Positions 26,594-36,167 of a DNA stretch of 61,802 nucleotides are shown in pieces. The DNA lies in NCBI GenBank assembly GCA_005808865.1, contig SYKU01000246.1, positions 1-61,802 of the forward strand, read 5' to 3'. Numbering within the stretch: position 1 is the first letter of the stretch; each line of letters starts with the position of its first letter. Origin of the DNA: Acidobacteriota bacterium (lineage in GTDB: Bacteria > Acidobacteriota > Terriglobia > Bryobacterales > Bryobacteraceae). The notes below the pieces were generated by a model. The model was not told the origin of the DNA. It saw only the letters and a program-made list of their open reading frames with translations, and did no database searches. A program made the position numbers and the translations under genes.

Positions 26594-28873
26594 ATGCGAC
26601 ACAGACTTCTCCTGCTTTCGAGGGCAACGCTGATGTTGGCAGGCTCCGGATTCGCGGAAGAAATCGACGACCCGAACCGTGGCGTGGCCCGCATCAGCCT
26701 GATTTTTGGGGATGTAGCGGTGAAACGCGGGGATTCCGGCGAGGTAATCGCCGCAGCCGTCAACACGCCACTGGTGGCCACGGACAGCGTAACAACAGGA
26801 GCCGATTCCAGAGCCGAGGTCCAGTTGGACTATTCCCACATGGTGCGACTGGGGCCGGACAGCGAACTGCGCCTGACTGAGTTAGCCGACCGCCGCTACC
26901 TGATGCAGTTGGCGCGAGGAACGGCGAATTACAGGGTGTTGCGCGATTCGAATTCCGAATCTGAAGTCAGCACACATGCAATCGCCGTAAGGCCCGTGAA
27001 AAAGGGCGCTTACAGGATCAACGTGCTAAGCGAGAGCGAAGTCGAAGTCACGGCGCGCTCGGGTGAAGTCGAAGTATTCACGCCGCGTGGCTCCGAGCGC
27101 CTCACCTCCGGCAAAAAGATGCTGGTTCGCCCGGCCGCGGACGGCGCGGAGTTCCAGATCGCGCGAGCCGACCCGATGGACGACTTCGACCGCTGGAGCG
27201 AGCGGCGCGACCGCGAACTGGAACGTTCAGCGAGCTATCGCTATGTTCCGCAGGACGTGTATGGCGCGGACGAGCTCGATTCTAACGGCCGATGGGTCAA
27301 CGTCGCACCCTATGGTTATGTCTGGGCGCCAACAGTGACGGCAGGTTGGGCACCATACCGGCAGGGCCGATGGACATGGATCGATTACTACGGCTGGAGT
27401 TGGGTAAGCTACGACCCGTGGGGTTGGGCACCCTACCACTACGGCAGTTGGTTCCAGCAGGCAGGGTATGGGTGGTGCTGGTATCCGGGCGGCCGGGGCA
27501 GGCACTACTGGAGACCCGCCCTTGTAGGGTTCTTCGGATGGGGAGGACGCGGCGGTGGACTGAGTGTCGGGTTCGGTTTCGGCAACGTGGGATGGGTTCC
27601 ACTGGCGCCGTATGAGCGGTACTATCCCTGGTATGGAAGACGCCAGTACGGTGGTTATCGCAATTCTGGTTATGTAGATAGGAGCATAAACATAACAAAC
27701 AACGTTAACATTACGAACGTCTACAGGAACGCACGCGTAAGAAATTCGGTTACCGGCGTTGACGTCGACGGCTTCACTCGAGGCCGGGCAGGAACGAGCG
27801 TCTCGAACCCGGATGACTTGCGGCGGACCGGCCACGTTCGCGGCCAGATACCTGTTGCTCCTGGCGATGAGAGTTTAAGGGTTTCCGACCGCGTCGTACG
27901 ACAGGAACGGATCGCGCGCAATACCGATAGCGGCCGCTTCTACAGCCGTCAGCAACCAAGATCCGTGGAGAGGGTGCCGTTTTCCGAGCAGCAGCGAAGC
28001 CTCGACCGGGTGGCTCGCACGGAACGTACGAACCGGTTTGAGCCGGAAACCGTCAGCAGTGGCGGTACGGGTTGGCGGCGCGAGGGAGAAGCGCCACGGG
28101 GCGAGGCGCAGTCGCGCCAGGAGGCCCGTCAGGGCGAGAAGCTGAACCGGACCGAATCGACCGGCGGTGCAGGGTCCGGGTGGCGGCGATTCGGCGACCC
28201 TGCGTCCGGCGAGAATCGGGCACAAGCCCCGCGGGGCGAGGCGCAGTCGCGCCAGGAGGCCCGTCAGGACGAGAGGCTGAACCGGACCGAATCGAGCGGC
28301 GGCGCAAGGTCCGGGTGGCGGCGATTCGGCGACCCTGCCTCCGGCGAGAACCGGGCGCAAGCACCACAGTCCGATAACGGTTTCCGGCGGTTTGGAGACC
28401 CGGGCACCCGGGCACGGACGGAATCCGATCAAGGCCGAGTCTCTCGCAGCGAAGGTACCGGCAGGGGACAGTATGACGGCGGCCGAGCGGCGGAGGGCGT
28501 TTCGCGAACGGAGCGGGGCAGGGATTCCGAAAACATCCGCGTGAACCCGCCGATTGTGCGGGAACGGGTCGAGCGGCAGCGGACGGAGCAGCCGAGGTTT
28601 GAGCCGAGATTCGAGCAGCCCCGGATGGAGCGGCGGCAGGAGGTCCCCCGCGCGGAGCGGTGGGGTGGAGGCACGCCACCCTCCCGCGGCGATGGCGGTG
28701 GGGGACGGGTGTCGCGGGCCGAACCTTCGGCGCCCCGTGGCGATAGCGGCGGCAATCGCGGAGACGAGGGTGGCGGGCACGTTTCCCGCGGCGACGGCGG
28801 CGGGGGCCGAGGCGACGGCGGGGGCGGGGGTGAGCGAAGCGGCGGCGGGGGCCGCGGCGGCCGTAACCAGTAG
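26594..28873 (+). CDS. FecR-domain / DUF6600-like secreted protein with a repetitive Arg/Gly-rich C-terminal half
   Basis: It has a signal peptide (MRHRLLLLSRATLMLAGSGFA) and a FecR-like segment (GVARISLIFGDVAVKRGDSG..). A Trp/Tyr/Gly-rich block is present (YGWSWVSYDPWGWAPYHYGSWF). A low-complexity tail follows. Confidence 0.7.
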   Translation: MRHRLLLLSRATLMLAGSGFAEEIDDPNRGVARISLIFGDVAVKRGDSGEVIAAAVNTPLVATDSVTTGADSRAEVQLDYSHMVRLGPDSELRLTELADRRYLMQLARGTANYRVLRDSNSESEVSTHAIAVRPVKKGAYRINVLSESEVEVTARSGEVEVFTPRGSERLTSGKKMLVRPAADGAEFQIARADPMDDFDRWSERRDRELERSASYRYVPQDVYGADELDSNGRWVNVAPYGYVWAPTVTAGWAPYRQGRWTWIDYYGWSWVSYDPWGWAPYHYGSWFQQAGYGWCWYPGGRGRHYWRPALVGFFGWGGRGGGLSVGFGFGNVGWVPLAPYERYYPWYGRRQYGGYRNSGYVDRSINITNNVNITNVYRNARVRNSVTGVDVDGFTRGRAGTSVSNPDDLRRTGHVRGQIPVAPGDESLRVSDRVVRQERIARNTDSGRFYSRQQPRSVERVPFSEQQRSLDRVARTERTNRFEPETVSSGGTGWRREGEAPRGEAQSRQEARQGEKLNRTESTGGAGSGWRRFGDPASGENRAQAPRGEAQSRQEARQDERLNRTESSGGARSGWRRFGDPASGENRAQAPQSDNGFRRFGDPGTRARTESDQGRVSRSEGTGRGQYDGGRAAEGVSRTERGRDSENIRVNPPIVRERVERQRTEQPRFEPRFEQPRMERRQEVPRAERWGGGTPPSRGDGGGGRVSRAEPSAPRGDSGGNRGDEGGGHVSRGDGGGGRGDGGGGGERSGGGGRGGRNQ
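28094..28405 (+). repeat. In-frame 135-bp (45-aa) tandem repeat, about 2.3 copies
   Basis: Units 28094-28228 and 28229-28363 differ at about 10/135 nt. The peptide unit is PRGEAQSRQEARQ[GD]E[KR]LNRTES[TS]GGA[GR]SGWRRFGDPASGENRAQA. A partial third unit reads ..GFRRFGDPG. Confidence 0.85.
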
Positions 28874-28890
28874 TCCACAGTTCTTCCCTT

Positions 28891-28925
28891 AAGGCCCGGT
28901 CCCATCGTGGAGCGGGCCTTTTTTT
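28891..28925 (+). terminator. Rho-independent terminator after the FecR-like gene
   Basis: An 8-bp stem (AAGGCCCG / CGGGCCTT) encloses a 14-nt loop and runs into a run of 7 T. It lies 18 nt after the stop codon. Confidence 0.8.
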
Positions 28926-29246
28926 CGCAGGAGGCGGACCAGAAGATTCAGGACGCAAAACGCGGCAAAGCGCTTGGATTCCCGCGCCTCACGCGCTGCC
29001 ACGTTCCGCAGCATGTCGTCCAGTTCGAACCCCTTCGCCAGCTTTTGCGTGGTCGATCCGCTTTTGCCAGGGTGTCAAGCCACCGAGTCCAGCGGGCCGT
29101 AGCGCGCCGTGGCCCCGAAGAAAGCGCCGCGGCACGATCAGATCAAACCGGAACGCGGCGCGGATCGCCCAAAAATCGCATGGATTCTTGAAGTTGAGCG
29201 CCCACTTCGTGTTACGATCAGAAGGATCCTTACGCCGGCAACTTGA

Positions 29247-30272
29247 ATGAATCTCCGCTCTCTCTTTAGTCTGTTTTCCTCCGATCTCGCGATCGATCTG
29301 GGCACCGCCAATACGCTCGTATTCGCCAAAGGCAAGGGCATTGCTGTCAACGAGCCTTCCATCGTGGCGCTAAACAAGAACACCGGCGCCGTGGAGGCCG
29401 TAGGCAAAGAAGCCAAGGAAATGCTGGGCCGCACTCCGGGCAATATCGTCGCCATCAAACCCATGAAAGATGGCGTGATTGCCGATTTCAAAGTCACGGA
29501 GAAGATGCTCAACTACTTCATCAAGAAGGCGCACAATCGCAAGCTGCTGGTCCATCCGCGCATCGTGATCGGCGTGCCGAGCGAAATTACACAAGTGGAA
29601 AAGCGCGCCGTCATGGACTCGGCTTACCGCGCAAAAGCTAGCGAAGTGCATCTGGTGGAGCAGGCGATGGTCGCCGCGATCGGCGCCGGACTCCCCATCA
29701 CCGAGCCGGCCGGAAATATGGTGGTCGACATCGGCGGCGGCACTACCGACGTAGCGGTGATCTCGCTTTCGGGAATCGTCTATTCACGCTCGGTTCGCGT
29801 GGCTGGAAACGAGATGGACGATGCCATCATGCAGTACTTGAAGCGCAAGTACAACCTGTTGATCGGGGAGCGCACGGCGGAGATGATCAAGATCGAGATC
29901 GGCAGTGCCTACCCGCTTGATAAGCCCCTAACCTGGGAGATCAAGGGACGTAATCTGATAGAGGGCATACCGAAGACGATCACGATCGACGACAACGAGA
30001 TTCGCGAGGCGCTTTCCGAGTGCGTCGCCACGATCATCAACGCGATCCGAGTTGCGCTTGAGCGCACGCCGCCGGAACTCAGCGCCGACATCAGCGATCG
30101 CGGCATCGTGCTCACCGGAGGCGGAGCGATGCTGAAGAATCTCGACAAACGCATTCGCGAAGAGACCGGATTGCCCGTCTCGATCGCGGACGATCCTCTC
30201 GCCTCAGTCGTGCTAGGAACCGGCAGAATGCTGAGCGACTTCAAGCTGCTGAGGAAAATTTCTATCGACTAA
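29247..30272 (+). CDS. mreB: Rod shape-determining protein MreB
   Basis: Motifs are DLAIDLGTANTLV, VVDIGGGTTDVAV and GIVLTGGGAML. Confidence 0.95.
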   Translation: MNLRSLFSLFSSDLAIDLGTANTLVFAKGKGIAVNEPSIVALNKNTGAVEAVGKEAKEMLGRTPGNIVAIKPMKDGVIADFKVTEKMLNYFIKKAHNRKLLVHPRIVIGVPSEITQVEKRAVMDSAYRAKASEVHLVEQAMVAAIGAGLPITEPAGNMVVDIGGGTTDVAVISLSGIVYSRSVRVAGNEMDDAIMQYLKRKYNLLIGERTAEMIKIEIGSAYPLDKPLTWEIKGRNLIEGIPKTITIDDNEIREALSECVATIINAIRVALERTPPELSADISDRGIVLTGGGAMLKNLDKRIREETGLPVSIADDPLASVVLGTGRMLSDFKLLRKISID

Positions 30273-31463
30273 ATGGACCATCTGATCAACCGCTACCGGA
30301 ACATCTCGGCACTGCTGGTGGCGATTCTCGCGCAACTCGTGCTGCTCGGGTATCAGGTGAAGGGCAATCAGGACGTGCGGCTCATCCGCACGTGGACCAT
30401 GACGGCCGTGACTCCGCTCGCGAAGGGGATCGAGAGTCTGCGCAGCGGAACGTTGCGGTTCGGCCAGAATTATTTTTCTCTGCGCGATATGCGCTCGGAG
30501 AACGAGCGGATTCGGGTGGACCTCGACAAGCTGAAGCTCGAAAACCAGTTTCTGCGAAACGAGCTGGCGACGGCGGATCGCGTTCGGGCACTGGCTGCTT
30601 TCCAGCACCGGTCTCCTTCGAAGATGGTGGCGGCGCGGGTGATCGGGGCGGCCGGCGGAACGAACTCAAAGCTTGTGCTCATCGATCGCGGGTCCCTGGC
30701 AAAGGTTGAGAAGGGGATGGCAGTGATAACGCCGGACGGGATCGTGGGTAAGGTTATCGCCGCGTTTCCGACGGCCTCGCAGGTTCTGCTTGTTACCGAC
30801 GCGGGTTTTGCCGCCGGTGTCCTTTCGCAAAAGAACCGGGTTCATGGAATCCTGAAGGGCAACGGGCACAACTCGTGCCACGTGGAATATGTGCAGAACG
30901 AACAGAAAGTGGACGCCGGCGAGGCGTTTTTCACCTCGGGTGACGACCGCGTGTTTCCGAAGGGTTTGCCTGTCGGTATCGCCAAGGTGGTGCGGCCGGG
31001 AAACCAGTTCGCGGAGATCGTGATCGAACCCGCTGGAATGCGGAACGGGCTGGAGGAAGTTCTGGTGGTGCTCGAGGGGATGCACGAAGCCATTCCCGAA
31101 ACGGGAGCAACGAGCGCGCAGATATTCCTGATGCCGCAGGCACCGCCGGATGCGGCCCAGGCCCCCGCGCTCCCCGTCGATGCGGGCACTGAGGCGGACC
31201 GGATGCGTGAGCGTTACAGGGCCCTGGGAGAGGCCCAGAATCAAAAGTTCGGAGAAAATCCTCCAGGAAGCAAGGTGGTGGATTTCAACCCGAAGACGGA
31301 GCAGCCGAAGGGATCACCCGGCGTGCCCGAACCAGCGCCGCCGAACAAGCAACAGCCCCCGGCGGGTGCGGCGGCACTGGGGCCGGCCTCGAATGCGGTG
31401 AGCAGGTCTCAGTCCGCAGTTGGTGAACCCGTGCCTGGACCAACACCCAGTAAGCCACAGTGA
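30273..31463 (+). CDS. mreC: Rod shape-determining protein MreC with a long Pro-rich C-terminal extension
   Basis: It sits immediately after mreB. It has an N-terminal TM segment and a coiled coil (LRDMRSENERIRVDLDKLKLEN), then beta-barrel motifs (VITPDGIVGKV, FTSGDDRVFPKGLPVG). An extra ~110 aa of P/A/G-rich tail follows. Confidence 0.85.
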   Translation: MDHLINRYRNISALLVAILAQLVLLGYQVKGNQDVRLIRTWTMTAVTPLAKGIESLRSGTLRFGQNYFSLRDMRSENERIRVDLDKLKLENQFLRNELATADRVRALAAFQHRSPSKMVAARVIGAAGGTNSKLVLIDRGSLAKVEKGMAVITPDGIVGKVIAAFPTASQVLLVTDAGFAAGVLSQKNRVHGILKGNGHNSCHVEYVQNEQKVDAGEAFFTSGDDRVFPKGLPVGIAKVVRPGNQFAEIVIEPAGMRNGLEEVLVVLEGMHEAIPETGATSAQIFLMPQAPPDAAQAPALPVDAGTEADRMRERYRALGEAQNQKFGENPPGSKVVDFNPKTEQPKGSPGVPEPAPPNKQQPPAGAAALGPASNAVSRSQSAVGEPVPGPTPSKPQ

Positions 31464-31993
31464 ACTATTCGGAAGACAGACTTCTGATTGGCAGCGATCG
31501 CGAAGGCCAGACGGCCCGTTTCAGGCACTGGATCCTGCTCGTCGTGCCGCTGTGCGCGATTCTATTTCAGATCTACATTCCGCTCTTCTTCGAGTTCCTG
31601 ACGTTTCTGGAACTGCCGCTGCTGGTAACCGTTTATTTTTCACTCATGAGGCGAAGTCCGATGGGCGGCATTGCGATCGGAGCGTTGGTCGGCCTGGCGC
31701 AGGACTCGCTTTCAAAGAATCCGCTGGGGATGCTCGGAATCGTGAAGACTCTTGTCGGGTATTTCGCCGCCGCGGTCGGTTTGCGCTTCGATGTGGATCA
31801 CACGTTTGTCCGCTTCGCGCTGTGCTTTTTTTTCTTCTTATTTCACCAGTTTTTCTACTGGGTGTTGGCGCGAGCACTACTCGGGCAGGAACTCGCTCTC
31901 GAGGTTAGCCGTATGATGCTCACGGGCGTACTGAACGCCGCCGTGGGCGTTTCGTTGTTTTATTTTCTGGACAAGCTGCGAGCGCGCGGGTAG
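31460..31993 (+). CDS. mreD: Rod shape-determining protein MreD
   Basis: It has a 4-nt overlap with mreC, a small polytopic membrane profile and the conserved position after mreBC. Confidence 0.75.
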   Translation: MNYSEDRLLIGSDREGQTARFRHWILLVVPLCAILFQIYIPLFFEFLTFLELPLLVTVYFSLMRRSPMGGIAIGALVGLAQDSLSKNPLGMLGIVKTLVGYFAAAVGLRFDVDHTFVRFALCFFFFLFHQFFYWVLARALLGQELALEVSRMMLTGVLNAAVGVSLFYFLDKLRARG

Positions 31994-32132
31994 GTTCCTG
32001 GAGTGCCGGAGACAAGGAGTTGCTTCCTCTATGAGTGGGGGATGAGCTTTTCGATCTCTTCGATGCGGACCCTTGACACCGCGCTTCATTTGGGTCGAAA
32101 CTGAATGGATCTTACAAGCCCAGGAGGCTCCC

Positions 32133-32705
32133 ATGTCATCGCCATCTAGCTCGAGCGCACCGCTCACTCCCGAACTCGAGGACTTACGCCGCCAGTTTGA
32201 AGCAATCCGGAAGGACGCGGAGGAGTTGACCTCCGGGATGGACGACCAGCAGTTTAACCTGAGACCGGCCCCCGGACGCTGGTCCGTTTCGGAATGTTTC
32301 CATCATCTGGTTCTCTCGGGCGAGCGGGATCTCGCAACCATCTCGGGCGGCATCGACAGGGGGCGCGCGGAAGGTCTGCTGAGCAAGGGCCCGTTCCGGC
32401 ATGGAGGATTCGGAAACTGGTTCGTCGGTTCGGTCGAGCCTCCCGCCAAGATACGGCTGAAAGCTCCGAAGAACCTCGCGCCCGACTCGGATCACAAGGT
32501 TGGGAGTCTGACGCCCCAGTTGCTTGGCATCCAGGACCAGCTCATTGAAGCCCTGTCGAAAGCCAATGGGCTTGACACGCCACGGATCAAAGTCGCGTCG
32601 CCCGTGCCGGTTCTTAAGCTCGACCTCACGCAGCGCTTCGGACTCGTCGCCGCGCACGAACGGCGCCATCTTTATCAGGCGCGGCAAGCCAAGAAGGCGA
32701 TCTAG
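32133..32705 (+). CDS. DinB-family (DinB_2-like) metal-dependent protein
   Basis: AGGAGG precedes the ATG at 32133. Motifs are RWSVSECFHHLVLS and HERRHLYQARQ. Confidence 0.7.
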   Translation: MSSPSSSSAPLTPELEDLRRQFEAIRKDAEELTSGMDDQQFNLRPAPGRWSVSECFHHLVLSGERDLATISGGIDRGRAEGLLSKGPFRHGGFGNWFVGSVEPPAKIRLKAPKNLAPDSDHKVGSLTPQLLGIQDQLIEALSKANGLDTPRIKVASPVPVLKLDLTQRFGLVAAHERRHLYQARQAKKAI

Positions 32706-32719
32706 CCGCGCGTCCCGGC

Positions 32720-33643
32720 TTACTTCACACAAACAACGGTAACAAACCTGCCGTCGGGACTCGGAAACTCGGTCTGTATCTTGAGGGCGCCGTGTTCGGT
32801 AAGCAGCCACCGGAAGGCTTCCCGAGTGTACAGGTAATTAAAGTTCAGGGATACCCGCTCGCCGCGCGGAATCTCGATTTCATTCGAGAGAGTGGTAATC
32901 CGCACGTCACGTTCGGTCTTGAAGTTCCGCGTGATCAGGTGCAGACCTTCGTGGCGCTCGTCCCGCTTCTGCTCGAAACGCAGCACGCCGTCTTCCCCGG
33001 TAATTCCAACGCCCACTAGCGGCGCGAAGGCGAACGCCTTGTTCTCGATCGCGTCGTGCGCGGCGACGGTATCCTCGCACAACAGTTCGCCGTCGACAAT
33101 GAGGCGGTCGCCGCTGTGCAGCGCCTGCGCTACCTGCTTTATTTGATCCAGCGGGTCAAACGCTCCGAGCGTATTTCCCGACATCAGAAAGACCTTCGGT
33201 GATTCGGCCGCGTCCGACGCGAGCAGGAGGTGAACGGGACTCGAGATGTCGGCCTTGATGCCCTGAACTTCGATATCCGCCTCTTCCGCCGCCGAACAGG
33301 CCGCCTCGATCAGAGTCTGACTCGCATCCACGGGAAAATACTTTACGGCTCTTCTCGCCGCCCGCAAAGCCTCCATCAAGAGCCGATCCCGCGAACCGTC
33401 ACCGGCTCCCAGACTAATCACCGACACAGGCGACTTGAACTGAGCAATCACTTCCGGATTCGATGCCAAACCAGCCCAGGAACGCACAAGACCCTGATAA
33501 AGCGGACTCTTCGACACCGCCGTCCAGGCATGCGCGGAAAGCGCCGACCAGTAGAAAAACTTCTCCGGCAGATCGCGAGCCTCAATGGCCTCGGCGAACT
33601 CCTGCGCAATCTCGCTTTCCGTCAATAAGACTTCGACATCCAT
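32720..33643 (-). CDS. EgtD-like (histidine-specific methyltransferase family) SAM-dependent methyltransferase
   Basis: The start at MDVEV has GAGGAA upstream. The architecture parallels EgtD: LPEKFFYWSALSAHAW, VISLGAGDGSRDRLLMEAL, YFPVDASQTLIEAA, LMSGNTLGAFDP and DRLIVDGEL. Confidence 0.6.
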   Translation of the reverse strand: MDVEVLLTESEIAQEFAEAIEARDLPEKFFYWSALSAHAWTAVSKSPLYQGLVRSWAGLASNPEVIAQFKSPVSVISLGAGDGSRDRLLMEALRAARRAVKYFPVDASQTLIEAACSAAEEADIEVQGIKADISSPVHLLLASDAAESPKVFLMSGNTLGAFDPLDQIKQVAQALHSGDRLIVDGELLCEDTVAAHDAIENKAFAFAPLVGVGITGEDGVLRFEQKRDERHEGLHLITRNFKTERDVRITTLSNEIEIPRGERVSLNFNYLYTREAFRWLLTEHGALKIQTEFPSPDGRFVTVVCVK

Positions 33644-33710
33644 ACCGTTTCCTCGATCTCCCCGTGCGGCCCCGTCTCCGCATATGTTATTAAGATAGCA
33701 GGCGGTCTGG

Positions 33711-36167
33711 GTGAATATTGCCTTCCGGCGAATAATTTTTCTGCTCGCAGCGGCGGTCACGGCCCGAGCCGATATCACCGTCGCGGGCCGCGTGGCGGAT
33801 GAGAATGGCGTCTCAGTTCCGAACGCCCGCGTTGAATTCCACGACGGCTCTTCCGGCACGACAGCCACAACAGGCGCGACGGGTCAGTTCTCCACTACCC
33901 TGAATCGTGAAGGCGATTACACCCTGCGCGTTGAGTGTTCGGGGTTTTTCGCCATCGCCAACCGGCGGGTTTCGTTCGCCGCATCCCAGAACCAGATCTC
34001 GATCACGCTTGCTCGCGTTCGCGAACTTGCTGAGTCAGTGGAGGTGCGGTACTCGCCGCCTGTGATCGATCCGGCCGAGACGTCCGACAAGAAGCAACTG
34101 AGCAATGTCGAGATCATGCAGGCGCCATACCCCGCGTCGCAAGATCTTCGCAACGCCCTTCCTCTATTTCAGGGCGTCGTCCAAGATACCGCCGGCCGCC
34201 TCCACGTCAACGGCGGAGCGACCCATCAAACGAATGTGACCCTTGACGGTTTTAATCTCAGCGACCCTGTAACCGGACGATTTGAGGCCCGCCTCAACGT
34301 GGACACGGTGCGCTCACTCGACCTTGAGACTCGCCGCTACTCGGCCGACAAGGGACGCGGCAGCGCCGGATCGCTCGACATCAAGACCAGCATGGGCGAC
34401 GACCGCTGGCGTTTCTCAGGGACCAACTTCATCCCCGGCATCAGCACCCAATCCCGCCTCCACATCAACAAGTGGACGCCGCGTCTCGGCGTCTCGGGCC
34501 CCATTGCGAAGGGCCGCGCGTGGTTTCACAACGGCTTCGACGCTTTCTTCGACGTCGATAGCATCCACGGCCTGCCCCGCGGAGAGAATACGAGCCGCAG
34601 CCTAACGACGAGCAATCTCACCCGTTTTCAGGTGAACGTGAAACCTTCGAACATTTTGACCGCGAGCCTCCTTGTGAACTATGTGGACGCCAACCGGAAC
34701 GGCCTTTCCTTTCTCAGCCCCGTCGAAACGACGCTCGACCGAAGGCAAAATCTGGTCATGACGACGCTCAGGGACCAGGTCTATCTGCGGCGAGCGCTCC
34801 TCGAATTCGGTTTCGCCGACAGCCGCTCTGTCACGCGCGAAAGTCCGCAGGGCGCCATCCCCTTCGAATTCCTGCCGTCGGGCCGTCGCGGAAATTACTT
34901 CGTCGATCTGACACGCCATTCCGAACGACAGCAGTGGACGGCCAGTGCGACGCTCCCGTCGATTGTCTGGCACGGAGGACACGAGCTGCGCTTTGGCGCG
35001 GACGTCCAGCGTTCCGCCTTCCATCAGGTAGCGGACCGCCACGGATACAGTGTGCGCCGCAACGACGAGAGCGTGGCCCGCCGCGTCACTTTCCTGGGCT
35101 CGGGCCAGCGCGCCAAGACGAATTTCGAACCGTCACTGTTTCTGCAGGACCGCTGGACGCCGGCGTCCGCGCTTCTGATCGAGGCAGGCATTCGCTCAGA
35201 CTGGAACCAGGTCACGCGGACGTTTCTCTACTCGCCGCGGCTTTCAGGCGCCTGGGCGCCGCGCAGCCTGAAGGACACGAAGTTCGCCGCCGGATACGGC
35301 GTTTACTACGATGCGATCAGCTTAGGACCGATCACGCAGCATCAGGACCAGTTGAGCCTTTCGACCTTCTACGGGCGCGATGGTTCGGTGCGGCGCGGCC
35401 CTGTCGCAACGATGTTCGGCGCCGATGAGCAATCGCTGCGGCTGCCGCGGTATCAGGCAGTGAGTTTCAGCGTGGAGCGTAAACTGCCCCTGGACTTCTA
35501 CGGGAAGGCCGGGTACGGAACCAGAAAGGGAAGGCGCGGTTTCACGTTCACGGAATTTACGGGAATATCCGAGTTTCAGTTCGCGCCTCCGGCTGCGATT
35601 GAGTACCGGCTTGAGAACACTCGCAACGATCGATACGACGCGATAGAGCTGACCGCAAGGCGCACCTTCGGGGGCCGATTTCAATGGGTGGGCGGATATA
35701 CCCGTTCGAGCGCGCGTTCTAACGCGGCGGTGGACTACTCGCTCGAAGATCCGATTTTCGCCGCACAGACTCCGGGTCCCTATTCCTGGGATGCGCCAAA
35801 CCGCTTCCTGACGTGGGGATGGGCTCCGCTTCCCAAGACGATCCGGTTATTTCGAAACACGGAGGTTGCGTACCTCGCGGAGTACCGCACCGGATTTCCG
35901 TTCACAGTGGTGAACGAGGAAGGCTCGCTCGTGGGCCGTCCAAATCAGGTCCGCTTTCCGTCATATTTCAACGTGAATCTGCATTTCGAGCGCAGGTTTC
36001 GCGTCATGCAGACTACATGGGCGTGGCGATTCGGGATCAACAATTTGACGAACAGCGGCAATCCAAACGTTGTAAACAACAACATTGATTCGTCTTCGTA
36101 CCTCGTTTACGGACGCGGCCAACTGCGCGCGGTGAATGTGCGGCTGCGCTTTTTGGGCAGGCGATAA
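33711..36167 (+). CDS. TonB-dependent outer-membrane receptor with an N-terminal CarboxypepD_reg domain
   Basis: It has a signal peptide and the motifs ITVAGRVADENGVSVPNARVEF, GRLHVNGGATHQTNVTLDGFNLSDP and a C-terminal barrel ending LRAVNVRLRFLGRR. Confidence 0.85.
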   Translation: MNIAFRRIIFLLAAAVTARADITVAGRVADENGVSVPNARVEFHDGSSGTTATTGATGQFSTTLNREGDYTLRVECSGFFAIANRRVSFAASQNQISITLARVRELAESVEVRYSPPVIDPAETSDKKQLSNVEIMQAPYPASQDLRNALPLFQGVVQDTAGRLHVNGGATHQTNVTLDGFNLSDPVTGRFEARLNVDTVRSLDLETRRYSADKGRGSAGSLDIKTSMGDDRWRFSGTNFIPGISTQSRLHINKWTPRLGVSGPIAKGRAWFHNGFDAFFDVDSIHGLPRGENTSRSLTTSNLTRFQVNVKPSNILTASLLVNYVDANRNGLSFLSPVETTLDRRQNLVMTTLRDQVYLRRALLEFGFADSRSVTRESPQGAIPFEFLPSGRRGNYFVDLTRHSERQQWTASATLPSIVWHGGHELRFGADVQRSAFHQVADRHGYSVRRNDESVARRVTFLGSGQRAKTNFEPSLFLQDRWTPASALLIEAGIRSDWNQVTRTFLYSPRLSGAWAPRSLKDTKFAAGYGVYYDAISLGPITQHQDQLSLSTFYGRDGSVRRGPVATMFGADEQSLRLPRYQAVSFSVERKLPLDFYGKAGYGTRKGRRGFTFTEFTGISEFQFAPPAAIEYRLENTRNDRYDAIELTARRTFGGRFQWVGGYTRSSARSNAAVDYSLEDPIFAAQTPGPYSWDAPNRFLTWGWAPLPKTIRLFRNTEVAYLAEYRTGFPFTVVNEEGSLVGRPNQVRFPSYFNVNLHFERRFRVMQTTWAWRFGINNLTNSGNPNVVNNNIDSSSYLVYGRGQLRAVNVRLRFLGRR

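Noticed and set aside
28094-28405. The tandem repeat could be a CRISPR array or a DGR template/variable repeat pair.
   Set aside because: The units are contiguous with no spacers, they are in frame inside a long ORF, and their differences are not adenine-specific. No cas gene or reverse transcriptase gene is nearby.
28930-29246. The mreB leader contains a minus-strand fragment, HPGKSGSTTQKLAKGFELDDMLRNVAAREARESKRF.., that vaguely resembles a P-loop protein. A 94-aa plus-strand ORF lies at 28907-29191.
   Set aside because: The fragment has no start codon, an immediate upstream stop and no real Walker A consensus. The plus-strand ORF begins inside the terminator hairpin and is Arg-rich and shadow-like.
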